Positions 34,806-45,326 of a stretch of DNA of 64,000 bases are shown here, piece after piece. This stretch comes from Hydrurus foetidus (lineage: Eukaryota): contig UYFQ01000478.1 of assembly GCA_900617105.1 (NCBI GenBank), positions 1-64,000 on the forward strand, read 5' to 3'. How positions within the stretch are numbered: position 1 is the first letter of the stretch; each line of letters opens with the position of its first letter. The notes beneath the pieces were generated by a model. It did not search any database. It was given only the letters and a program-made list of their open reading frames with translations, and had not been told where the DNA came from. A program made the translations under genes and the position numbers.

Positions 34806-35640
34806 AAGTGGTCTTCCATGAAGGTGCTCGATGAAGTAGCTAGCCGTGGTCGAAGCCCGCGTGGCGGCGCAGGGTGAGCGGCTGCCATGCCGTAGCGCAC
34901 GCTGCCTGTCGATCATTGCGGGTGCATTCTGCACTCCAGAACCGCATCAGCAAACCCCTGGTCCTCCGGCATGCCCTCCGGGCACAGCGGGTGCTGCGCT
35001 GGCCCATCAAGGCCGAGGCATCGTGCGCGGCCCACGCAGCGCGGTCTTCACCCAAGTAGCCGGCAAGCGCCTTGTGCCCCCACGGACACTGGCTGGGCGC
35101 GCAGATAGGCGCAAAGGCGGACAGACTTTGGAAGCGATCCGGGTGACGCAGTGCCAGCGTCAGCGCACCATGGCCGCCCATGGAGTGGCCAAACAGGCCC
35201 AGGCGATTCACATCCACCGGCAGGGTCTCGCCCACCAGCGGCAACAGCTCGTCCAGCAAGTAGCTTTCCATGCGGTAGTGCTGCGCCCAGGGCGCCTGCG
35301 TGGCATCGAGATAGAACCCCGCGCCCACACCAAAGTCCCAGGACTCGGCCTCGCCCGCCACACCGGCGCCACGCGGGCTGGTGTCAGGCGCAATCAGCGC
35401 CAGGCCCAGTTCCGCGGCCACGCGCTGCGCGCCGCCCTTGGTCATGAAGGTTTCTTCGTTGCACGTGAGACCCGCGAGGTACATGACCGCCGGCACCGCG
35501 CCCTGTTGCGCCTGCGGCGGCAGGAACACCGAAAAGCGCATGGGCAAGCCGATGGCGCTGGACGCATGCTGGTAGAAGCGTTGCACGCCACCAAAGCAGG
35601 CGTGTTCGCTGAGCAACTCCAAGCCGGGCAAGGAGGCCAT
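34790..35640 (-). CDS. fghA: S-formylglutathione hydrolase; 3' ~200 bp disrupted by indels
   Basis: LAGLTCNEETF, PDTSPRG, GHSMGG, CPWGHKA intact to ~35000; C-terminal QPLTLRRHAGFDHG/FMEDHLR present but frameshifted. Confidence 0.85.
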
Positions 35641-36758
35641 CAAAATATCACCACGCCCCGAATCGACTCGCCGCTCTTCATCAGATCAAAGCCCTTGTTG
35701 ATGTCTTCCAGCGGCATGGTGTGGGTGATCAGGCTGTCGATATTGATCTTGCCTTCCATGTACCAGTCCACGATCTTGGGCACATCGGTGCGCCCGCGTG
35801 CGCCGCCGAAGGCCGAGCCTTCCCACTTGCGGCCGGTGACCAGCTGGAACGGGCGTGTGGAGATTTCGGCACCCGCCTCGGCCACGCCGATGATGATGCT
35901 GCGGCCCCAACCCTTGTGCGTGCACTCCAGCGCCTGGCGCATGACCTTGGTGTTGCCAATGCACTCGAAGCTGTAGTCGGCACCGCCATCGGTGAGCTGA
36001 ACAATTGCATCAACGATGTTGCCGCCCGCAGCCTCAATGTCCTTGGGGTTCAAAAAGTGCGTCATGCCGAATTGGCGCGCCATGGCTTCGCGTGCGGGGT
36101 TCAAGTCCACGCCGATGATCTTGTCCGCGCCCACCATCTTCAGGCCCTGAATCACATTCAGGCCAATGCCGCCCAAGCCAAACACCACGGCGTTGGCACC
36201 GGCTTCTACCTTGGCGGTGAAGATCACCGCGCCAATGCCGGTGGTGACGCCGCAGCCGATGTAGCAGACCTTGTCAAACGGCGCGTCTTCGCGGATCTTG
36301 GCCAGCGAGATTTCGGGGGCCACGGTGTAGTTGCTGAAGGTGGACGTGCCCATGTAATGGAAGATGGGATCGCCATTCAGGCTGAAACGGCTGGTCGCGT
36401 CGGGCATGAGCCCTTTGCCTTGCGTGCCGCGAATCAGCTGGCACAAGTTGGTCTTGCGCTTAAGGCAGAACTTGCAGGTGCGGCATTCAGGCGTGTAGAG
36501 CGGAATGACGTGGTCGCCCTTTTTGAGCGTGGTCACGCCGGGGCCTACGTCCACCACAATGCCTGCACCTTCGTGGCCCAGGATGGCGGGGAAAATGCCT
36601 TCGGGGTCGGCACCACTCAAGGTGTAGTAGTCAGTGTGGCAGATGCCGGTGGCTTTGATTTCCACCAGCACTTCACCAAACTTGGGGCCTTGCAGGTCTA
36701 CCGTTTCAATGGTGAGGGGCTGGCCTGCTTTCCAGGCGACGGCGGCGCGTGTTTTCAT
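35640..36758 (-). CDS. frmA: S-(hydroxymethyl)glutathione dehydrogenase / class III alcohol dehydrogenase
   Basis: [23 protein letters not shown], CxxCxx[11 protein letters not shown]. Confidence 0.97.
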   Translation of the reverse strand: MKTRAAVAWKAGQPLTIETVDLQGPKFGEVLVEIKATGICHTDYYTLSGADPEGIFPAILGHEGAGIVVDVGPGVTTLKKGDHVIPLYTPECRTCKFCLKRKTNLCQLIRGTQGKGLMPDATSRFSLNGDPIFHYMGTSTFSNYTVAPEISLAKIREDAPFDKVCYIGCGVTTGIGAVIFTAKVEAGANAVVFGLGGIGLNVIQGLKMVGADKIIGVDLNPAREAMARQFGMTHFLNPKDIEAAGGNIVDAIVQLTDGGADYSFECIGNTKVMRQALECTHKGWGRSIIIGVAEAGAEISTRPFQLVTGRKWEGSAFGGARGRTDVPKIVDWYMEGKINIDSLITHTMPLEDINKGFDLMKSGESIRGVVIF

Positions 36759-37834
36759 TGGGATGTCTCGGTTGGGGTTTCGGTGGGGATGTCTGGGGTG
36801 CCGGCAGCGGCAGCGGCGCGGCCCTTGAATTCGGGTGGCACCACTTCCTGCAGGATGGCGCCAAACACGCTGTGTCCATCGCGGCCCTTGACCTCGATGC
36901 GGATGGTGTCGCCGTACTGCATGTACTCGGTGCTGGGCTGGCCGTCCTGGAGGGTTTCCATCGCGCGCTTCTCGGCGATGCAGCTGTAGCCGTTGGGCCA
37001 GTCGGTGCGGTTTTTGCGCGCCACGCCTTTGTTGCTGATGGTGCCCGAGCCGATGATGGAGCCAGCCCGCACACGGCGTGTCTTGGCCAGGTGGGCAATG
37101 AGCTGGCCAAAGTGAAACGTCATGTCGCTGCCGGCCTCGCACAGGCCGACCTTGCGGCCATTCCAGGTGCACTGCACCGGCAGGTGCACGCGGCCGCGCG
37201 CCCAGGCGTCGCCCAATTCGTCAGGCGTGATGGCCACCGGGCCAAACGCGGTGGCGGGCTTGCTCTGCACAAAGCCAAAGCCCTTGGCCAACTCATCAGG
37301 GATCAGATTGCGCAGCGTCACGTCGTTCACCAGCACCAGGAGGCGCACGGCATCAATCGCGCGGTCGGGCGGGCAGCCCATGGGCACGTCGCCAGTGATG
37401 GCGGCCAACTCGGCCTCAAAGTCCACGCCCCAAGCGGGGTTGGCGCAGACGATGTCGGCCTGCGGGCCGGCCAGGTCATCGCTGCCGCCCTGGTACATCA
37501 GCGGATCGGTGTGCAAGCTCTCGGGCACCTCGGCGCCACGGGCCTGGCGCACTAGCTCCACATGGTTCAGATAGGCCGAGCCATCGGCCCATTGGTAGGC
37601 GCGCGGCAGCGGCGCCATGCAAAGCGCCGGGTCAAACGGGAAGGCGTGGCGCGCACGGCCGTGGTTCAGGCTCACATACAGGTCTTGCAACTGGGGCGAG
37701 AGAAAATTCCAGTCATCCAGCACCTGCTGCAGGCGGTTGGCGATGTGGGTGGCGTAATGCGCCTGGGTCAAATCCCGGGAGACGACCACCAGCTGCCCGT
37801 CGCGGGAGCCATCTTGGTAGGTTGCGAGTTTCAT
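36755..37834 (-). CDS. Fumarylacetoacetate hydrolase family protein
   Basis: MKLAT...[38 protein letters not shown]. Confidence 0.9.
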   Translation of the reverse strand: MKLATYQDGSRDGQLVVVSRDLTQAHYATHIANRLQQVLDDWNFLSPQLQDLYVSLNHGRARHAFPFDPALCMAPLPRAYQWADGSAYLNHVELVRQARGAEVPESLHTDPLMYQGGSDDLAGPQADIVCANPAWGVDFEAELAAITGDVPMGCPPDRAIDAVRLLVLVNDVTLRNLIPDELAKGFGFVQSKPATAFGPVAITPDELGDAWARGRVHLPVQCTWNGRKVGLCEAGSDMTFHFGQLIAHLAKTRRVRAGSIIGSGTISNKGVARKNRTDWPNGYSCIAEKRAMETLQDGQPSTEYMQYGDTIRIEVKGRDGHSVFGAILQEVVPPEFKGRAAAAAGTPDIPTETPTETSQ

Positions 37835-37911
37835 GGCGGCATTTTCGCCGGGTTTGGCCCGTGGGCCCGCCCCATGTCTACCGTACACTGGACTTTTGCG
37901 TTCTATCCAGC

Positions 37912-38994
37912 ATGTCTTTGGCTTTGCCTCCGGTCGCACTCCCCCACGCTCCCTCTCCCTCCCGCCCGCTCAAAGGCTTGGCGCTGGTGTTGGCCGTGGT
38001 GCTGGGGCTGCACTGGTGGCTGCTGGGTGATTTGCCGCTGCATTTACTTTGGAGTGAAGCCGACGCGCTGCAGGAAAACGCCACGGCGGCCATGCAAACC
38101 CGGGTGTTGCTGGCCGCCGAGGTTGCCGCACCTGTGGCAGCTCCAGCCCCCCCTGCCCCGAAACCCAGAAAACCACCGGCACCAGTGCGCCCACCGGCCG
38201 CAGCGCCCCCTCCCATCGCGGGCGCTGCGCAGGCAACCTCTGTGCCTTTCGTGCCTCCAGCCCCCGTGGACATTGCGCCACCAGCTCCTGAATTAATAGC
38301 AGAGCCCGCGCCCACGCCACCTGCGCCCGCGCCGCAGGAACGCCCGCTGCGCTATGCGTTTCCGCCCCCGGTGCGGCTGAACTACGACGTGTCGGCGCTG
38401 ACGGGGGGCAACCGCAATATCGCGGGTGCCCAAATCACCTGGAAGCACGACGGCGCCAACTACCAGGCCAGCCTGATGGTGACCAAGTTCCTGATCAATA
38501 TGCGGCAGTGGACCAGCAAAGGCGCGCTGGCCGAGACCGGCCTGGCCCCGCTGCGCTTTGGCGACAAAGGGCGTGGCAGCGAAGTGGCAGCGCATTTCGT
38601 GCGCGACGAGGGCAAGGTTATTTTCAGCGCCAACACCCCCGAGGCACCTTTGCTGCCCGGTGCCCAGGACCACCTGAGCGTGTTCATGCAGTTGGCCAGC
38701 ATCTGGGCCGCAGAGCCGCAGCGCTTTGCTGCGGGCGACAGCCTGGCCTTCCAGTCGGTTGGCCCACGGCAGTCAGAAACCTGGACCTTTGTGGTCTCGC
38801 CCGAAGAAGCCATCACCGTGCCCGGCGGCACCCTCCGCGCCGTCAAGCTAACGCGCGAGGCCACTGGCGACTACAGCACCAAGGCCGAGCTGTGGCTGGC
38901 CCCCAGGCTGGCCTACTTGCCCGCCCACATTCGCCTGTCCGAAAGCAACGGCAACGTGCTGGACATGGTGTGGACCGACAGCGAACAACCCTGA
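37912..38994 (+). CDS. DUF3108-domain protein with Pro-rich linker
   Basis: N-terminal TM, Pro/Ala linker, then SKG...GLAPLRFGDK, GAQDHLSVFMQL, ELWLAP. Confidence 0.8.
   Translation: MSLALPPVALPHAPSPSRPLKGLALVLAVVLGLHWWLLGDLPLHLLWSEADALQENATAAMQTRVLLAAEVAAPVAAPAPPAPKPRKPPAPVRPPAAAPPPIAGAAQATSVPFVPPAPVDIAPPAPELIAEPAPTPPAPAPQERPLRYAFPPPVRLNYDVSALTGGNRNIAGAQITWKHDGANYQASLMVTKFLINMRQWTSKGALAETGLAPLRFGDKGRGSEVAAHFVRDEGKVIFSANTPEAPLLPGAQDHLSVFMQLASIWAAEPQRFAAGDSLAFQSVGPRQSETWTFVVSPEEAITVPGGTLRAVKLTREATGDYSTKAELWLAPRLAYLPAHIRLSESNGNVLDMVWTDSEQP
38241..38301 (-). repeat. Dispersed ~62-bp motif, copy 6 (antisense, inside the DUF3108 linker)
   Basis: Reverse complement TGCTATTAATTCAGGAGCTGGTGGCGCAATGTCCACGGGGGCTGGAGGCAC; the gene reads it as VPPAPVDIAPPAPELIA. 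Confidence 0.85.
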
Positions 38995-39003
38995 CCCATC
39001 CCT

Positions 39004-39735
39004 ATGACCCCACCACCACGCCGCCACCTTTTGCTCGCCCCGCTGCTCTCGTGCGCCATGGCGCTGCTGCCGCAATTCGCCGCTGCGCAGAGCGTGAGTA
39101 TTCCGGCCGCGGTGCGCATGAGCTATGACTTTGAGGGGGTGATCTCCACGCCCTACACCGGTAGCGCCGAGCTGCTCTGGCTGCGCGAGGGCAGCAGCTA
39201 CACCTCGCAGCTGGCGGTGCGCAAGTTTGGCCTGAGCCTGCAGACCTGGACCAGCAAGGGCGCGCTCACCGCGCAAGGCCTGGAGCCGTTGCGCTTTGGC
39301 AGCAAACGCCTGGGCAAGGACGAGATCAGCGCCAACTTTCTGCGGCCCCAGGGCAAGATCACCTTCAGCGCCAACACGCCCGAAGCCACGCTGGAAGCCG
39401 GCGCACAAGACCAGCTCAGCGTCTTCATGCAGCTGGCTAGCGTGCTGGCTGGCGACTCCCAGCAGTGGACAGAAGGCAAAACCATTGCCTTCCAGGCCGT
39501 GGGCGACCGCTATGCGGAGAACTGGACCTTCAAGGCCGGCGCACTGGAACCTATCAAGGTGCCGGGCGGCACCTTTGCGGCCATCAAGCTCACCCATGAG
39601 CCCACGGCCGAGCGCAGCCAGAAACTGGAGCTGTGGTACGTGCCCAGCGTCGGGTATTTGCCACTGCGCATCCGCATTACGGAATCCAACGGTGACTTTC
39701 TCGATTTGTTGTGGGCCAGCAGCCAAAAACCCTGA
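39004..39735 (+). CDS. DUF3108-domain protein (tandem paralogue)
   Basis: Shares WTSKGAL, PLRFG, FSANTPEA, GAQDxLSVFMQLAS and VPGGT with the upstream gene. Confidence 0.8.
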   Translation: MTPPPRRHLLLAPLLSCAMALLPQFAAAQSVSIPAAVRMSYDFEGVISTPYTGSAELLWLREGSSYTSQLAVRKFGLSLQTWTSKGALTAQGLEPLRFGSKRLGKDEISANFLRPQGKITFSANTPEATLEAGAQDQLSVFMQLASVLAGDSQQWTEGKTIAFQAVGDRYAENWTFKAGALEPIKVPGGTFAAIKLTHEPTAERSQKLELWYVPSVGYLPLRIRITESNGDFLDLLWASSQKP

Positions 39736-39823
39736 GCTTTGCACCGCCGGGCACTTTTCCTGCTACTCTTGAAACCGTAAAGATGACACCCATTTGGCAT
39801 GTATCTCTCGCTGGAAAAATACT

Positions 39824-40126
39824 ATGCACACCCTGTACGACTCAGAAACCTTCTCCGTCACCCACATGCTGGCCAATGGCGATCCCGAAGGTCAGGCCCC
39901 TGAAAAAACAGAGCGTTACCCCATGGGCGTGCCCACCCTGGCCCGCCATGGCTTTGAGATCGTGGACAAACGATCCGGCAAAGAGGTGTACCTTGACGGC
40001 TCCTGGGCCGAGCTGTTCCAGCAGCACATCCAGGCCTGGCAGGTGAACACGCCTACCCAGGAAGAAGTGGAAGACACGCTGGAAGGCTACGCCGAGCTGG
40101 CGCAAAACCCGGTGATCGTGCACTAA
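39824..40126 (+). CDS. DUF3567 family protein
   Basis: LYDSE, GFEIVDKRSGKEVYLDG, C-terminal PVIVH. Confidence 0.8.
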   Translation: MHTLYDSETFSVTHMLANGDPEGQAPEKTERYPMGVPTLARHGFEIVDKRSGKEVYLDGSWAELFQQHIQAWQVNTPTQEEVEDTLEGYAELAQNPVIVH

Positions 40127-40150
40127 GCCTGCTGCTACTTTTACCCACAC

Positions 40151-40172
40151 AAAGGGCTCTTCGGAGCCCTTT
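40151..40172 (+). terminator. Putative terminator hairpin
   Basis: AAAGGGCTC-TTCG-GAGCCCTTT, a perfect stem with a UUCG loop. Confidence 0.7.
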
Positions 40173-40229
40173 GGTCTTCTCCGCCTCCTGTAACCGGCCA
40201 CAGCCGGGGAACTGCGACAATCGCCCACC

Positions 40230-41078
40230 ATGAGTTCGACCTACATCCTCACCTTTTCCTGCCCCGACCGCCTGGGTCTGGTGCACGCTGTTTCGGGCTT
40301 TTTGCTGGAACGCGGCGGCAACATCGAAGAAGCCGCACAGTACAACGACCCCGACACCGGCCTGTTCTTCATGCGCGTGCAGTTCAGCTGCGGCCAGCTC
40401 ACCCATGCCGACTTGCGTGTGCAGCTAGGACATTTTGCCCAGCCGCTGAAGTTGCAGTGGCGCCTGCACGCAACGACCCAGCCCATGCGCACCGTGCTCA
40501 TGGTCAGCAAGGAAGGCCATTGCCTGAACGACTTGCTGTTCCGTTGGAAGAGCGGCCTGCTGGCGCTGGACATTCGCGCCATCGTGTCCAACCACCGCGA
40601 GTTCTACCAACTGGCGGCCAGCTACAACGTGCCGTTCCATCACATCCCGGTGACGGCCGCCACCAAGGCCCAGGCCGAAGCCAAGGCCTACGAGGTGATT
40701 GAGTCTGAAGGCGCCGAGCTGGTGGTGCTGGCGCGCTACATGCAGATCCTGAGCGATGACCTGTGCCGCAAACTGTCGGGGCGCGCCATCAACATCCACC
40801 ACAGCTTTTTGCCCAGCTTCAAGGGCGCCAAGCCCTACTACCAGGCGCATGACCGCGGTGTGAAACTGATTGGCGCCACCGCCCACTACGTGACAGCGGA
40901 TCTGGACGAGGGCCCCATCATCGAACAGGACGTGGCCCGTGTGGACCACAGCAAGACGGTGGAAGACCTGACCACCCAAGGCCGCGACACCGAGAGCCAG
41001 GTGCTGGCCCGCGCGGTCAAGTGGCACAGCGAGCACCGCGTGCTGCTGAACGGCCACAAGACCGTGATCTTCAAGTAA
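40230..41078 (+). CDS. purU: Formyltetrahydrofolate deformylase
   Basis: ACT domain (SCPDRLGLV), LARYMQILS, NIHHSFLPSFKGAKPY, LDEGPIIEQ. Confidence 0.97.
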   Translation: MSSTYILTFSCPDRLGLVHAVSGFLLERGGNIEEAAQYNDPDTGLFFMRVQFSCGQLTHADLRVQLGHFAQPLKLQWRLHATTQPMRTVLMVSKEGHCLNDLLFRWKSGLLALDIRAIVSNHREFYQLAASYNVPFHHIPVTAATKAQAEAKAYEVIESEGAELVVLARYMQILSDDLCRKLSGRAINIHHSFLPSFKGAKPYYQAHDRGVKLIGATAHYVTADLDEGPIIEQDVARVDHSKTVEDLTTQGRDTESQVLARAVKWHSEHRVLLNGHKTVIFK

Positions 41079-41084
41079 GCCGGA

Positions 41085-42764
41085 TTAGCGCAGCAGCGGC
41101 AGGGCAGAACCGCCCTGCAAAGCGAAGCGGCCGACCAGCTGGTCCAACGACTGGGCCTGTTCGTCCAACGATTGAGCCGCCGCAGCAGCTTGCTCCACCA
41201 ACGCGGCGTTTTGCTGCGTGCTGTCGTCCAGCTGGGCCACGGCGCGGTTGATCTCTTCAATGCCGGCGCTTTGCTGCACCGAGGCCCCCGAAATTTCTTC
41301 CATCACCGTGCTCACCTGGGCCACGGTTTGCGCCATCTCACGGATGGTTTGACCGGCACGCTGCGCCAACGCCGAGCCCTCCTTCACCTGGCTGGATGAG
41401 GCCTCGATCAGCGCATTGATCTCGCGTGCGGCCTTGGCACTGCGCTCGGCCAGCAAACGCACTTCGGCCGCCACCACGGCAAAGCCACGGCCCTGTTCGC
41501 CCGCGTGTGCCGCTTCCACCGCGGCGTTCAGCGCCAGGATGTTGGTCTGGAACGCAATACCCTCGATCACGCTGATGTTGCCGTGGATGGCTTGGGTGCT
41601 CTTGCTGATCTGCTCCATGGTGGAGACCACGCTGGCCACCACATCGCCGCCCTGCTGGGCCGAGCGCGTAGCCACGCCCGAGAGCTGGGCCGCGTGGGTG
41701 GCGCTGTCGGCGTGGCGCTTGGCAATGGCGGCCATCTGCTCCACATTGGTGGTGGTTTTTTCCAGCGAGGCGGATTGCTGCTCGGTGCGCTGCGACAGGT
41801 CCAGGTTACCCATAGAAATCTCGCGCGAGGCATTGGCCACCTGCTTGGAGCTGTCGGCAATCTCGCGCAAGGTGTCGGCCAACTTGCCCTGCATATCGCG
41901 CAGGGAGTACAGCAGGCTCTCGGTGTCTTTGGGGTCGATCTCGATGTGCATAGACAAATCGCCTTGGGCGATGCGGCTGGCAATGGATTTGGCGTAGGCA
42001 GGCTCGCCACCCAGCTGGCGCACCAGGCGCCGCGTGACCCATCCGCTGATGGCCAGGGACAACACAAACAACAGCACCATGATGCCGACCACCCAGGTCT
42101 GCGAGGACTGGTAAATCTGCCCGGCCTGCTTGATGGTGGCCTCGGCCGATTTGGAGCGCTGCTCCACCAGCGCATCCACAATCTTCTCCAGCTTGCGGGT
42201 GTCGTTGAGCAGGCGGGCGTCTTCGGTGGGCACGTCGGTACTGATCTGCATCAGGTCCAGCGGCTGCGCTTTCACCAAGGCAATGTAGGCGCGCTGGCGC
42301 TTGGTCCAGTTGGCCATCGCATCCATCAGCTGCTGGCTGGAGGCGCTGCTTTCTTCGGTGCCGGAAAGGCCCTTGATGGTTTCCAGTCGCTGGCCGATCT
42401 GGGTCAGGCTGGCTTCGATGTCGCCGCCCAGCGTGTTGCGCTCGGCGGCGGTGGTGGCGGTCAGCAGCTGGGTTTGCGCGCGGCTGGCACGCAGAATCAG
42501 GCCACGGGCTTGTTCGGCGGCTTGGCCGGCGGCGTACTCCTGCTCATAAATGGTTTTGGTGGAGGCATGCAGCCGCCCCATCTGAAACAACGAAAACACC
42601 CCAATGACCACGGCCCCAGCGAGCACGCTCGCAAAAGCCATCCACAGGCTGGCACGTACCGACAAATTTTCCAGCATCGCCCTTTTGGGACGTTTGCGCG
42701 GGGCCTGCTCCTGATCGTGTGAATCTTCCAGGGCCAACGCGCTGTGTGTGGAAAGGCTATCCAT
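41085..42764 (-). CDS. Methyl-accepting chemotaxis protein
   Basis: TM-periplasmic-[28 protein letters not shown]. Confidence 0.93.
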   Translation of the reverse strand: MDSLSTHSALALEDSHDQEQAPRKRPKRAMLENLSVRASLWMAFASVLAGAVVIGVFSLFQMGRLHASTKTIYEQEYAAGQAAEQARGLILRASRAQTQLLTATTAAERNTLGGDIEASLTQIGQRLETIKGLSGTEESSASSQQLMDAMANWTKRQRAYIALVKAQPLDLMQISTDVPTEDARLLNDTRKLEKIVDALVEQRSKSAEATIKQAGQIYQSSQTWVVGIMVLLFVLSLAISGWVTRRLVRQLGGEPAYAKSIASRIAQGDLSMHIEIDPKDTESLLYSLRDMQGKLADTLREIADSSKQVANASREISMGNLDLSQRTEQQSASLEKTTTNVEQMAAIAKRHADSATHAAQLSGVATRSAQQGGDVVASVVSTMEQISKSTQAIHGNISVIEGIAFQTNILALNAAVEAAHAGEQGRGFAVVAAEVRLLAERSAKAAREINALIEASSSQVKEGSALAQRAGQTIREMAQTVAQVSTVMEEISGASVQQSAGIEEINRAVAQLDDSTQQNAALVEQAAAAAQSLDEQAQSLDQLVGRFALQGGSALPLLR

Positions 42765-42828
42765 TTTTTATCCCCCAACATGGGTTTTTAGGTTTTCAGC
42801 ATACCGCTTTCCCCGAAGGGCTAGCGGT

Positions 42829-43668
42829 CTAAACACCCATCTTTTCGCCCAGCTGGACCGGCTTGGCCGGCGCCCATTCGGGCGAAAAGTTGAGCGCGCC
42901 CTGCCCAAAAAGCAGGACGACAGTGGAACCCAGCAAGAAGCGTCCCATTTCTTCACCCTGGCGCAACACCACCTTGCCGGCGTCGTAATGCCATTCGGTG
43001 ATCTGGGGCAGGCGCGGCGGGTTCACCAGGCCGTGCCACACCGTGGCCATGCTGCCCACCACAGTGGCACCCACCAAGCTAAGTACAAACTGCCCATGGT
43101 CGGAATCAAAGACACAAACCACGCGTTCGTTGCGCGCAAACAGACCGGGCACGCCACGCGCCGTGGTCGGGTTCACCGAGAACAGGTCGCCGGGCACATA
43201 AATCATGCGGCGCAACACGCCGTCGCAGGGCATGTGGATGCGGTGGTAGTCGCGCGGGCTCAGGTAGATGGTGGCAAACGTGCCGTTGTCGAACTGCGCC
43301 GCCAGCTCAGCGTCGCCGCCCACCAGCGCTGTGGTGCTGTAGTGATGACCCTTGGCCTGAAAAATCTGGTCTTTGTCGATTGCGCCAAACTGGCTGATAG
43401 CGCCATCTACCGGGCACACAAAGGGCGCAGCAGCGAGCGGGCGCACACCTTCTTTGAGAGCACGGGTGAAGAACTCGTTGAACGTGGCGTAGGCGCCGGG
43501 GTCCGAATTGGCGGCCTCGGCCATATTGACCTGGTACTTGCCAATGAACCAGCGAATCAGCGCGGTGGTGGCTTTGCCGCCCCGGGCACCAGCCACCAGG
43601 CCGCCAAAGGCGGTCAGGGCTTTTTTGGGGAGCAGGTACTGTGGCAGTACGGCAAGGGTGTCAGACAC
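42829..43668 (-). CDS. psd: Phosphatidylserine decarboxylase proenzyme
   Basis: FNEFFTR, YLSPRDYHR, NER, LGST autocleavage motif; likely GTG start at 43668. Confidence 0.93.
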   Translation of the reverse strand: MSDTLAVLPQYLLPKKALTAFGGLVAGARGGKATTALIRWFIGKYQVNMAEAANSDPGAYATFNEFFTRALKEGVRPLAAAPFVCPVDGAISQFGAIDKDQIFQAKGHHYSTTALVGGDAELAAQFDNGTFATIYLSPRDYHRIHMPCDGVLRRMIYVPGDLFSVNPTTARGVPGLFARNERVVCVFDSDHGQFVLSLVGATVVGSMATVWHGLVNPPRLPQITEWHYDAGKVVLRQGEEMGRFLLGSTVVLLFGQGALNFSPEWAPAKPVQLGEKMGV

Positions 43669-43931
43669 AGGGAAACTCCCGAGGGGAAAAGATCGCCATT
43701 CTACTGAGGCAGGCTGGGTGGAAGTGGGCTTGGCTCTCGGGGAAACTCCGCACCAAGCCACTCGGCACAGCAGACAAAACTTGTCCCCAAACTGCCAAAA
43801 ACGCGGAATTTTCCGGATACCTGCCAACCGATCATCGCAAGCGATGCGGGACTGTACGCGCAAGTCAGTTTTGTTTGACCCGCCTGCGCTGACTTCAGCG
43901 GCCGTATTAGCTCTACTGATGGCGGGCCTTG

Positions 43932-44588
43932 CTAGCGCTTCTTTGACCCGCTCTCCGGACGCGCCAACAGCCTGATTTCACCATTGCTGCGAGTGATCCG
44001 CCCGTCATATTCGAGCCCTGCAAGGGTCCGGTAAAGCGCCTCGTGGGTCAATCCAATGTCTTCGGCGAATTGTTTGAGTGTTCCGTCAATCTTCCATGTG
44101 TCGCTTGCACCACATCGCAGCCGCAGCGATTGCAGCACACGCTCCTTGGCCGATCGGATCTGCCGCGTTTCCAGGCGAGCGCGCAGGTCATGTACCCGCT
44201 GGGCCAACTCAGCAGCGAAAGCCCACAGGTCGCCCGGCTCTTCCTTCAACTTGCGCGTCACCTCGCCCTTTGGGTACACCAGCACCTCGGACTCCTGGGT
44301 CGCAATCGCGTCGCAGTGGTAGTGCGACGAGAAAATTGAGGCTTCCGCGAAAAGCTCGCCAGGACGCACGGTGTGCATTGGCACCTGTACTCCAGTCGGC
44401 GTTACGCGGACCAGCCTGATCCTGCCTGACGCTAGCCGAAAGAATCCGAAGGTCGGGTCACCCTGCCTGAACAGTACGGCATCTGCGGCAACCCGGCGCA
44501 CGGTGGGCGCCACATTGGCGACGCGCGGAAGTGAATCGCCCGAGTCGCTGGCCGGCGCGCGGGTTGCCGATGTCAATTGCTTTGGCAT
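43932..44588 (-). CDS. Crp/Fnr family transcriptional regulator
   Basis: LFRQGD cNMP-binding fold, GELFAEAS, C-terminal HTH IGLTHEALYRTL; exact start uncertain. Confidence 0.88.
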   Translation of the reverse strand: MPKQLTSATRAPASDSGDSLPRVANVAPTVRRVAADAVLFRQGDPTFGFFRLASGRIRLVRVTPTGVQVPMHTVRPGELFAEASIFSSHYHCDAIATQESEVLVYPKGEVTRKLKEEPGDLWAFAAELAQRVHDLRARLETRQIRSAKERVLQSLRLRCGASDTWKIDGTLKQFAEDIGLTHEALYRTLAGLEYDGRITRSNGEIRLLARPESGSKKR

Positions 44589-44606
44589 ATGACTGCAATC
44601 ATATGC
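44585..44606. promoter_or_regulatory. CRP/FNR-type palindromic operator
   Basis: GCATATGA-CTGCAA-TCATATGC (8-bp arms, TGA-N6-TCA core) between the divergent genes. Confidence 0.7.
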
Positions 44607-44666
44607 AAAAGGCGCGCCGCTGGAAATAATGGTGGGGTCCCGTCAACCAAAAATAGGAGATTGAAC

Positions 44667-45206
44667 ATGCGATCTTGGCTCTTTATCCTCGGACTCGTCG
44701 CCGCTGTTCCCACCTGGGCGCAGCACCATCCGGAGCAGGATGCCCCAGCCCACGCGCAGCAAGCGAAGTCCGGCTACGCCGGCATGCAGAACCGCGCCAT
44801 CAAGGCGCTTTCGGAACAGCAAATCGCGGATCTGCGGGCCGGGAAAGGCCTCTCGCTCGCGCTTCCTGCGGAGTTGAATGGTTACCCCGGACCATCCCAT
44901 ACGCTGGAGTTTTCCGGCCCCCTGGGCTTGAGCCGCGAGCAGCAGCAGAAGACAGAGGAATTGTTTGCGCAGATGCAGGCCGAAGCAAAGCGGCTCGGCG
45001 AGCGGGTCATTGCCAGCGAGTACGCGCTCGACCGACTTTTCACCGAGAGAAAAGCCAGCGCGGCGTCGGTGCAAGAGGCGACGGCGAAGGCCGCGGGCGC
45101 GCACGGTGAGTTGCGCACTGCGCACCTGCGCTACCACCTGTCAATGATCGATGTCTTGACGTCGAAGCAGGTGGCCAAATACAACGAACTTCGCGGGTAT
45201 CACTGA
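44667..45206 (+). CDS. Periplasmic helical protein, Spy/CpxP/metal-binding-like
   Basis: AGGAG RBS, signal peptide, His-containing N-terminus, AELNGYPGP, VLTSKQ (LTxxQ-type motif). Confidence 0.7.
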   Translation: MRSWLFILGLVAAVPTWAQHHPEQDAPAHAQQAKSGYAGMQNRAIKALSEQQIADLRAGKGLSLALPAELNGYPGPSHTLEFSGPLGLSREQQQKTEELFAQMQAEAKRLGERVIASEYALDRLFTERKASAASVQEATAKAAGAHGELRTAHLRYHLSMIDVLTSKQVAKYNELRGYH

Positions 45207-45243
45207 GCAACGCAGGGAGGCCAAACCCCTTGCTCTGCCACCC

Positions 45244-45318
45244 ATGAGCGCCTCTCGCATTCCTCCCATCCAGTGCCTGCTGACTATTGAAGCATTGGCG
45301 AGGCTGCGTTCGGTCACA
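45244..45318 (+). pseudogene. Orphan 25-codon duplicate of the 5' end of the lysR at 46088
   Basis: MSASRIPPIQCLLTIEALARLRSVT versus MSASRIPPIQCLLTFEALARLRSVT; 9 mismatches in 75 nt by hand count. Confidence 0.9.
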
Positions 45319-45326
45319 CCCGCAAC

